Part shown: positions 38,415 through 48,305 of the stretch, in pieces
Position numbering within the stretch: the first letter of the stretch is position 1
Layout of the letters: every line of letters starts with the position of its first letter
Assembly (NCBI RefSeq): GCF_000143415.4
Contig: NW_003314270.1
Location: 1,543,048-1,607,047 of the forward strand
Direction of reading: 5' to 3'
From: Selaginella moellendorffii
Taxonomy: Eukaryota; Plantae; Lycopodiophyta
DNA length: 64,000 nucleotides
Made by a program: the position numbers and the translations under genes
Notes under the pieces: generated by a model
Database searches by the model: none
What the model saw: only the letters and a program-made list of their open reading frames with translations
What the model was told of the DNA's origin: nothing

Positions 38415-41400
38415 ATGGTAAGTCTTTTAGGCCAAGTAGAAAATGGCATGAGGCCACATGCCATTCAGTAGCAACATTGGCATGCACCGATTGGGCTCTC
38501 GAGTGCAGTCCGGTTACAGATGGCATGTAGCCTCACGCCATCTTAGGATGCAGCCTCAAGACATCTGATGCAGTGGTGAATGGCGTGTGGCCTCACGTTA
38601 TTTCCAGCTACTAGCTTTTCATCTGTCAGCTCTAGTTGTTGTGCATTTCTGAACAGGCGAGGAATTGCGTTCTTCTTCCAGCCACTGTCAATGTGGATGC
38701 AGAGAAGGGGGAGGAGCTCACCAGTTGGACTTTCGGGATGGAAGGCGAGGATCTGAGCCTGTACAACACAGATGGTGGGAGAAAAGAATGCATGGGGATC
38801 CTCATCCAAGTGACAGACACTCCATGCAGTTCCATGCAAGAATATGGACTGGCACTTGTGGTAGAGACAGCGTCTGCCTTCAAGATCCACCTTGCACATC
38901 CTAGCGGCTTCCGGGAGGGGGGCAGCGGCTATGAGGAATTCCTAGAGGGAGCTAGGGAGAGGTTGTCCAGGAGGCCCACAATTTCAAAGACGCTGCGGGT
39001 CTATGAAGATCACATGGAATCCACGGACTTCACCTACGGCGATGTTCAAAAACTATATTCCAACATTGAGCCGTTGAGAGTGACTCCAGTTCGCGAAGCA
39101 AAGGGGAAGGGGGTCGATCTGGAAACTACCTCGAAGCAGAAAAGGGTGGTCAAGCTCAAGCCGACGTCTGACTCTCCTGCTCCAAAAAAGAAGCTACTCA
39201 GTGATGCTATTGCCTCGGGTTCGAACACTACACCCACCAAAAAGAAGAGCCGCAAAGAGCAGAAAGAGCAAGAAGAGGCAGCAAAAATCGTCGCGGATAA
39301 TAGTACTTGTTACTATTCCAACAAAGTATATACAATCGACGTGAGCCGTATCGACATCCAAAGCAAATACAACCACAGGCTAGTATCTGATGAGTGGGTG
39401 GAGAAATTGAAGCAGAAGATGCTGGCAAGTCCAGTAACACCCGACATCGCAGACGTGATCCCCTACTACCAAAAAATGAAGGGCGAGATGAGGTTTCCAG
39501 ACTTGATCAATAGGAAGGTGTTGGACGATCAGAACATCCGGTTCTATGCCGTCTCCGGGCAGCATTCTAGCTTGGCGATGCAAGAGATAGTTGTGGATAT
39601 TATGGTGGGCGAGGAGGTGAAGAAAGTCTTCAAGACAAGAGTTGTCCGCCTGATAAAAGGCAACTCGCCCCTCCGATCTATCATATACATCTCCCACGCG
39701 CAGAATGTCAAGCAAGAAACGTGCTAGAAATCGGGTCTGCACGAGACATTGGCACGAACACGGAAGCTCTGGGTTCAACTGAAGAAGCCACAAAAACCAG
39801 GACAAGGACGTGCACTAGCAACTAGCGCCTGGCAGGTAAGCCTCGTTGTATGTGGCATAGCATGTGGCCTCACGCCATTTCCATTGCAGGAATTCTCGAG
39901 TCTTCTCTCGAAAACACTGGGGGTCAATGACACACTCAGCATCCATAACATTCTACTCGCGACAAAAGTTGTTTTTGACAAATGGGTAGATGTGCTGAGG
40001 AGGTACCATGACGGGGAGTTGCCAAACTCAATGGGTGTGGAGGACGGCCGGAAGCCCAATGATTTGAAGCTCAACGCCTTGCGTTTCTCGCGGTCTCTAG
40101 ACGACGACGACCTTCTGACAGTGGCTAATGCTCTTCTACGTGGTGAGGTAGTCTTCAACAAGACCAAAATGACTCCCGGCCATATTGTGACATACGAGGA
40201 CTTGTGCACGACTCTGAGAGCTCGTGCGCTATTGAAGGATTGGATCTTCGAGCAAGTGGCCGTGGAGAGGGTGAGCATCGACACCACGCAAGAGATGATG
40301 GAAGCGCTGGAGTTGTCAAATGAAGACATCGACGAGTACGTGAAGGGGGCCCCCAAGTTCATCGATCTGCTGCGGGATGCCACGAAAAGTAAAGCTGAGA
40401 AGTTGGATCAGTATCCAAATTTCATTAAGATTGATGTCGACCGCCGGCTTCAGAAACAGCTCGACCCCGCAGCAGAGGCCTATCGAGAACCTTACCGGGT
40501 ATACTTGAATTCGGATGAGGATCAAAGGTGGAGGAGCATCGTTTCCCGCGGAGATGAGCAGGTCAAGAACATCTTTTGTGTGATGGACTTCACAAACGAG
40601 GAGATCACTCATGCAGACGAAGTCAGCTCCATCATTGACTTAATGGTGGGACTTGCGGAGGTGGAATCTTCAGTCCACTATATGATCTACGACTCCGAAT
40701 CCTATCACAAGTTCTGGAAGGCCTTGAACGAGGTGAAGGCTCGGTTGAAAGGCAAGGAGATGCGGGAGATCCATGGGATAATTGCAAAGAAGAAGATACC
40801 GACGAATGTCCGCATCTTCACACTCGCCCTTGTTATTGGTCCTGCAGCAGAGTGGGACTGGAGTGACTTCCCAGCTTCGTTCGACAAGGCCAATCGAATT
40901 GATCTGAGGGAGGTCAATTTACCCGTGCCTGAGAAACTGAAGACGGCTATGGAGCTTTCGAATCCAAAGAAAGCTCCAGGTGCAGCATGGGAAATGCTCA
41001 GCTGGGTCTTCAACGCAATAGCGGGTGGGTCACTTGCTTCCGACTCCAAGGGCAAATGCGTTGTCGAGTACAACTGCGGCGGACTATTCTTTCGAGCCGC
41101 ACTACTCAAGGGTGTCCCGTGTGTTGCGGTGACAAACTCCATTGAAGAGGTGACTTCAATGGAGCATATAATTACAGTTGCCAAAGAAAAACAGTATCTT
41201 CTCTGCGAACCTGGTGAGTACGCACTTTAAGTTTAAATGTTATCTCACAAGCTCTGTATGCAGGAGTGTGGCCACCCCCAGATGCTGAAACGGCGTTAAC
41301 AGCTACTGTTGAAGATACCCATGTTGGGCCGAGCTCACAACCTGCACAAGGTAAGGTCACGTGAGGCCTCACGCCATTTTGATTATAGATCGTTGTGAAT

Positions 41401-44041
41401 ATTCAAACACGAGGACTGAAAAGCGCACTGGTGGCGCATCGAAGAAGGACAAACAGACAAGCAATAGGAAAAAAGGAGGTACAAATTATATTTGCAATGG
41501 CGTGTGGTCTCATGCCATTCCTTGCAGGAGAAACTTCTTCAAAGGCAAAACAGGCAAGCACCAGCCAAGCTCAAACTGACAGTGGTCATAAAAAGCGAAA
41601 GCACGTTGGACAGTCGTCGAGATCAGAGGCGTTTGATTCGAAAAGGAAGAAGGGCAACGAAAAGATGATAGGTAATGCCTCGCGGTTATGGCGTGTGTGC
41701 TCATGCCATTCATTGTAGATCAAGGGCTGAGTGAAAGCAGGCAGTCACCACCTCATGACTCAGATTCCTATGGCGGACTCCCCTTCCCCAATCTCAATGG
41801 AGAGGTACAATGGATGAGGGAAGCTTTTCAAGTCAGGGCCATGTTTTTCTCATCTCCTCGTCTTCGAAGGGTGCAAGAACGTGCAGAAACCATGTTAAGA
41901 CAGTCGGGTGAGGATACGGTCCTAGGTCACGCACTAAAACAGGCTATGGATGTCTTGTATTTTGAGATGGAGACTCGGCCAGATGATTTTCCCAAGATGG
42001 TCCTGGAAGAACAAGCCATCCAGCCTGAGCAGCCTATGGAAGAAATGCAGGAGGGGGATGAGGAGCCAGAGAAAGATAATGAGCAGGAAGAGCAGAAGGA
42101 CGAAGAGGAGGACAAAGAAGAGGAGGACGAAGAAGAGGAGGACGAAGAGGACTTGGATGGTCCTCACAATGGTGACGATCACAATAACGACGACAACGAT
42201 GATGACGACGATGGCCAGCCTGAGGTGGCCAAAGAGCAGCGAAGGAAGGTCATACAAGACAAACCATCAGGTAAATAATAATACATCCATTCCTAACCTT
42301 TTACCATTTCTAACATTGTCCATGTAGGTCGTAGAGCAAATGGTAAGTAGAGATTATTCAGTTGAATTAAGATACAAACTCTAGCCTTTAGTGTCGAGGA
42401 AGGATAGTGCCAAGCAAGGGTCGAAACGTATGTCCAATCCTTTAGAATCAGCAGTGCGCCCAAGTGATATCGGTCCTAGTTCCTCAATAGCAGTTGATGG
42501 TAAATACAGTATAGTCGATTCAATGTGCTAATGAGTTTGTTTTTAGTAGCACGGGAGGATACCATCTCAATCGAAGGGAGATATTTGGACATGCATATGG
42601 ATCCGCCAGTGGACTCTACTTGGCTGCAAGAGTCATCAGAGCTGGTGGAGGCTACTATCCATATCAACGCCAAGCAAGCTGACCACGCTCCATTTGATGC
42701 TGCCCATACCACTGAGTCAATCTTGTCCACGTATCCAACTGACGGTGACCAGGCGCCATTGGACCCACATGAGGCCGCCCCAGCCGCCGAGCCGGTCGTA
42801 TCCTCATTTCCAACGGACTCAACATGTGCCCAATCGTCTGACTACGCGCCGTTGGAACCTCCCTACACCGCCCCTGCTGCCTGTTCGGTCATGTCCACTT
42901 TGCCAACGGAGGCACCAGCTGAAATGGCGTGTGATCACACGCCATCGGAACCACCCCATGCCACTGTTGAGCCAGTTGTACCAGAGTCTACAGCTGAAAT
43001 GGCATGTGCCCACACGCCATCGGATGCGATTGACCCCACATTGCAGAGGAGAGTATTTCCGCCCTTCACGTTTCCTCAACCAAAACCCTCTCAACGACCA
43101 TCGGGAGCAACATTCGCTAATATTGTAGATGGTAAAATTGACTTGTACCATTTTTTATGCTGACACATTTCATTTCAGAGTCACGGCGAAGGTACTGTAT
43201 CGTTTTTGATCTGAACGGTGTCCTTTTCTCCCATGAGCGTGGCTCGTCCTCGAATGTCATTGCACCCTCCAAAGCCTGCGGTCGCAAGTTGGTCAAAAGA
43301 GACAGATTCACATTAATCACACGGGAGAAACTGCGGGATCTAATAATGACTGTGCAACACTTAAAACAGAGGGCCGGGTTCAATTTGCAATTGGGAGTTT
43401 GGACATCCATGATGCGCCACAATGCATTAACGTTACTACAGATGATGCACGATCAGACGCGAGTAATATTACCATTTGACTTTCTCCTAACGCAGGAGGA
43501 TTGCTTGACTATGGTCCATGTGAGGGGTAGCAAGCCCATCTTCGTCAAGCCAGAGGCTGTAGTGATGAACCAGACTGCTAGCTCAAGTGAAATCCTCATC
43601 ATCGATGACTCGCCGATTAAAACTGCAGCGAACACGCACACATATGCAGTGCACCCCATCTCTTGCAGTATGGAAACTAGGGAGAAGAAACCCTATGTTC
43701 TGGGGGACCTTGCAAAACGGCTTGGAGCGATGGTGATAGAGAACCGGCTAGTCCAGGAGGTGGCTGCAGAAATCAACCAAATGGCAGATGGAACGGTATA
43801 TCAGAAGCCATTTAATCGGACAGACACCAGTCATCATTTATGGCATGTATATTGTCTAGCCAAGCACTATCCACATCTCCATAATCTGCTCAACCGGATG
43901 GGTTCTTCGACCACTGAACATGAGCGTGGACGTATTAGAGAAGAGATGGCATTACTATTGGGTTTAAATCCTGATAGTGTGGAGAGTGATGAAATTCCAA
44001 GATTATTGTATAGGCGTTGGAGGCAAAAAATAACAGTCTGA
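38415..44041 (+). pseudogene. Multi-exon cargo gene: ParB/Srx-like + degenerate N6/N4 methyltransferase-like + charged linker + FCP1/NIF HAD phosphatase (~1643 aa)
   Basis: Manual GT-AG model: 38415-38417, 38657-39835, 39890-41213, 41264-41350, 41407-41478, 41528-41671, 41719-42270, 42328-42342, 42392-42499, 42547-43131, 43179-44041 (4932 nt, frame maintained, introns 47-57 nt after the first). Lesions: TAG at 39725 (TAC in copy 1) and acceptor AG>AA at 41406 (intact in copy 1). Domain calls are motif recognition by eye. Confidence 0.75.
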
Positions 44042-44626
44042 GATGGCATGTATTTATTTAAAAATGTAACTTATTATGGCATGGGGTTCCATGCCATTGT
44101 ATTAATATTAAAAGACAATTCTTTGAGAGGATTTGCATTATACTAGAAGTGTTACAGCATGTTATTGGAAGTCTACGAAGTTGTTTTATTAATAATGGGA
44201 AAGTAAAGATTGAATGGGGACTTGGGCTCCACCTAGACTCGGAGCAACTGAGCCAATATTAAAAGGATGGAAAGAAATTGGACGACGATGACAAGGAGAA
44301 GAGAGAGGTGAAGCAGTGGCAGGGGGAGGAGAAGTGATTGAGTAGACATTTCCTTGTTTAAAATAAAATGGCATGTGCCTCAATGCAGTTGAATTTTGTT
44401 ATATTTATATACTATATAAAGGTTTGGAAACCTTATTTTACAAGTGGGATAATGACAATTCCCACTTTAACGAAATAGAGCTTAATTAGACAGTCTAGTG
44501 GAATGGCTTGTTTGGACATTCAAGGGGATGATTGTGAAGTATATGATCTTTCAGCATTCAGATTGGGATGGTTATTTGCCGTCTCTTTGGCATGCATATG
44601 TCACTGGGGTGTAGAGTTCTGTTGGC

Positions 44627-45634
44627 TCGTGCAGTGAGTAGTTGAAACCAAGTAGGACCAAGTAGGAGCTGGTACAATAGGCAGGAATCTTGGCGTGGGA
44701 ACTTAACAAAAGCCAAGGTAGTGTTGGTCAGATAGGCGAGGTAAGTTGGCAAATTGGAAAGGAAAAATTTATGGCTTAATATTGGATCATGACCATATAA
44801 GAGTTTATATGGTGAAGTAGGCATAAACAGTATAGCACACCAAGCCTCCAGATTCCTAACACCCCTTGGTACAACAAAACTTGATCATGGGACCCTCTAA
44901 ATCACAAGCCTTAGGTGCAACACTTGCTTCAGGACGCCGGGGTGAAACACCGTGGCGAGGACCAATGAGCCACAAGGTACTCAAGTGGGGCACCACTCCA
45001 TATGAGTTGGGAGCACCGCAGTCAATTTCCCTTTTGAGAGTGGGAGCTGCTCTTGAGCACTTCCTTAGGTGGCCCCTCTGGCACCACCCGAGTCCATGCT
45101 CACTCCCACCCAAGGCCCTCAGCCCCAATCTCAACCTCAAGTCAGTTCAGTTTGGAAGCACCACTGGAGAGTTCCTTCAAGACTGGTTCTTGGACCTCAC
45201 TATCCCTACTATACTTTTGGAACCCCCTGTAGATGCCCCCCCCGCCTGGGAGACGCACGCTTTGGGCTTTCACCCCTTGACCCGTATCAATACTCGGACT
45301 TGGTCTCGGACTCGATCTCGAATCCGACTTCGGACTCAATCTCGGACTCGATCTTGGACTTGATCTCGGACCTGATCTTGGACTCGACCTCGGACTCGGT
45401 TTCGGACCCGATTTGGATCTCGGACTCTGTCTCGAACTCAGTCCCAAACTCAGTCTCAAACTCGGTCTCCGATTTGGCCTCGGACTCAATCCCGGACTCT
45501 ATCTCGAATTCAGTCTCCGAGTCGGTCTTGGACTTGATCTTTGACTCGATCCCATCCGATAAACTCTTTGTCATTTCAGTCATGCTTTTGGGGATCCTTT
45601 AGCCTACGACACTTCGGGGAGTTGGTTCCTTACA
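44627..45634 (-). mobile_element. Solo LTR of family D with a secondary micro-inversion
   Basis: 44823-45634 is the reverse complement of most of 57492-58390, with TSD CAATA at 45635-45639. The other LTR end plus the host flank (44627-44822) is flipped. Confidence 0.8.
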
Positions 45635-46969
45635 CAATATTACCAACGGAGCTGGGTTTACCTTCGCGATTGCCACGAGCTGCAGATGCTAAGTTGTGGG
45701 ATCAATATTTGACGAGCATCCTTCCACTTGTCCGAGTGGAGTCTGCCGAACACTTAGGCTGTGTACAAGTGGGACAACAACGGTGGTACAACTCCTATCA
45801 TCGTCCACCTGCAGAGTACAAAATGGATGATTTGGTGTTAATCCGTTTTCCCCATCTTACGGTACGTGGTTTATCTAAGAGGCTCCTTGCGTAGTGGAAA
45901 GGACTATATCGGGTGTTGTGGCAAGTTGGACCACAAGCTTATGAAGTTCAGCATGACGTCCAACAAGCCAATCCTCTAGAGATTGTGCATGTGCAATGGT
46001 TAAAACACTTCATACAAAGGGATTAGGAGCAATTAACACCACCTACAGATCTACCGATGCCTCCTCCTGACGTTCCTTTAGATCCCGGCCCATCTACAAA
46101 ATAACCCTGATGGTCTTCCATTATTCCGAGAGGGGATGATGTAAGGGCCAAGTGTACGGCTACGATGCCATATACTAATATTAGCATAGTGGGGTTTTGG
46201 TAGCTGTTGGATTGGTTTCAATCTGAACCACTCGCTCCTATATATAAACTAGGGTTTTTGGGCTAATTGATATGCACATTTTTTGTATTCCCTTTCCATA
46301 TTCCAAGCACAAACACAGGCATAGACACACACACACACACAAATATATATATATATATATATTTACATACCTTACACTATTCTCTCCTCTATAAGATGAG
46401 AAGGTGATGATAAATCAAGTGGAACATTTAAAATTTTTGATAGGTAATTATAATTTACCACAAAAATTGCTCCCATGGAATCACTAATATAGTTGCTATA
46501 ACCATGACCAAAATAAAACCCAAAACCATGGCATAAGCAACAATTTACTACATAATTATGATGAATTAATTGTAATTCCAACTATTAAATGCTTAAACTA
46601 ACCTTAAAGTTATAGTTTTGAGCCAAAATAAAGAACTTTAAAGCACCATTGTGGCAAATAATATATCCTATGTTAATAATCCTCCAAAACCACTATTAAT
46701 GCAATGTGACATACTTTTGGAGAGGTGGTATTTTTGAGTTGGTATGCTATATAACAAATTCTTGGAACGGTAGTATGTATAAGGTAGTAAGCCGTATCAC
46801 AAACCCTTGAAGAGGTAGTAAGTGTGTGGTGGCATATCACATGATAAATCTTTAGAGAGGTGGTATCTTTAGAATTTTGTATGATTTTGTGTAATAAAAC
46901 ATTTATTTACACTTTCTAAAAAGTTGTGAAAATGTTTAGGTATCTAAAATTATCAATTAATAAATCATT

Positions 46970-47310
46970 TTTAGATATTCTTGAGTTACTACCATAATGG
47001 CTATTACTAAACACTTTATCAATCATTTTTATACTCGTGGAGTTTTTAAACTATATGGGCATAAGGATGGAATTCCTACATGATATTAATTAAACATTCT
47101 TAACCCAATAAAGAGTTCTCATCTTATTGTATCTTGTATTAGCTAGTGACAAGAACTTTTATGTATTGAGCATTAATCCTTTAATATTGCTGTATGATAA
47201 TTTACTATGTTTGTCAGATATCCTTGATATTATGGCATATTAGTCCCATAAGCTATTTATGGAAAGTGTTTAAATCTACCATTAAAGCATATCTACAGAA
47301 TGTTTTAAAT
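46970..47310 (+). mobile_element. Highly degenerate fragment of a family-B LTR
   Basis: Aligns by eye to 22270-22640 (GCATAAGGATGGAATTCCT, GCTAGTGACAAGAAC, GCTATTTATGGAAAGTGT). Confidence 0.7.
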
Positions 47311-47339
47311 CTACCTAGTGAGGAGTCAAATTATATTCT

Positions 47340-47566
47340 GTAAATATGGTTAATTGGTAAGATGAAGAAAATTTACTTATTAAGGAAGGAAAATCACATT
47401 AAAAGATGTGCATAAAAATGGAAATATAGATAAAATATTAAAGGTAAACATAGGCTTTAGAGATTTGAAAAATCTAAGAACATCACCAGATAATTTAGAA
47501 GCATTAAAAAAATATGCATTTGCCATGATTAAACAATTAAAACCACCAACACTATTCTTAACTCTT
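47340..47566 (+). pseudogene. Helitron-type Rep fragment
   Basis: Translates GFRDLKNLRTSPDNLEALKKYAFAMIKQLKPPTLFLTL, matching the Rep motif SPxY...AMxxQLGxPTxFxTL. Confidence 0.6.
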
Positions 47567-48305
47567 ATCTTCTATCTTTGTTGAGTATTTGATTTGGGTT
47601 TAAGCCCAAATTTTATATGATATTAATTGGTAGAGTAATTGATATATTGAAATAGCACTAAACTTTGACTCTATTTTACATACTAATCTTCACATTTGGA
47701 TATTAGATACTCCAAAAAAAATTTAATATTACTCTATACTCTTATTTTTTAACTCTTTAATTATATGCTCAGGAGTTTAATATCATCTTTTGGTTCAATG
47801 GCTAAAGCCTTAAAACTTTCTTTCTTGTGGCATACATGTCTAAAAGTTAGGTTTATCTCCACAGTTATCCTATACTTATTCACCATAAGATATAGGATGA
47901 AAACCATGTATGTTATAGTAAAGTTCAAGTTTTCTTCTAGACTCGAAATAAATTAACATAGGATAAAAAGTTGCCCAAAATTCATTATCATACATGCAAA
48001 CATTATACAAAAGATTTATAGAAGATCTTTTAGTAAAGCCTAAAAAACATTAACCTTGAAATATATTATTATACATTTCATGAAAGGACATTAACTTCAT
48101 ATAGCTAAATTTTGCAAATCTTGTGATCAACTTGTAAAGCACAATAAGATTTACCAATCCTAAATTTATATTTCTTATTTTAGATGAACAAGATATTATA
48201 TTCTATTTGAAAACATCAACAATGATTTTTAAATTATCATAATTAAGTAAACAAATTAAAAATTCCTTCTCATTTTACATTAGTTCTAATCAGCATGAGA
48301 ACTGT

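Larger units (their letters stand above)
26705..44389. repeat. Dispersed 22-bp palindrome ATGGCRTGWGGCCWCAYGCCAT, more than 20 copies per element
   Basis: Copy 2 starts: 26705, 27021 (split by the chromovirus), 32679, 34021, 34078, 35915, 35985, 36083, 36698, 36770, 37632, 37711, 38443, 38520, 38580, 39857, 41356, 41497, 41688, 42924, 42999, 44076, 44368. Some are degenerate. Equivalent sites are in copy 1. Confidence 0.92.
26479..44483 (-). mobile_element. Large Sola-like DDD DNA transposon, copy 2 (~12.4 kb plus a 5.6-kb nested chromovirus)
   Basis: Same 24-bp TIR (26479-26502, 44460-44483) and 4-bp TSD AATT (26475-26478, 44484-44487). Removing the element and one TSD restores the Gypsy integrase frame (CCA CAA TTA GAC AGT CTA GTG GAA). 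Confidence 0.95.
23347..46376 (+). mobile_element. Degenerate Ty3/Gypsy element C (gag end, PR, RT, RH, IN; PPT; probable 3' LTR 46140-46376), interrupted by DNA transposon copy 2 and a solo LTR
   Basis: PVPMEVD plus CWTCDKVGHTYRRC zinc knuckle, DTG protease, MPFGLNNA/FIDDVL RT and an HHCC/DDE integrase. The integrase SAYHPQ..LVE resumes in frame after 44487. PPT GAGAGGGGA precedes TGTAAGG...CCTTACA. Many stop codons. Confidence 0.85.

Noticed and set aside
38415-44041. Bacterial contamination as the source of the ParB/MTase-like sequence
   Set aside because: The gene has spliceosomal GT-AG introns of host-like size and is nested among plant retroelements with intact TSDs.
26705-44389. 22-bp palindromes as a CRISPR-like array
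   Set aside because: Spacing is irregular (tens to thousands of bp), they lie inside genes and introns, there are no cas genes and the context is eukaryotic.
4959-44483. Segmental duplication or misassembly as the cause of the two 12-kb repeats
   Set aside because: Similarity stops exactly at the TIRs, and TSDs, flanks, nested insertions and deletions all differ.
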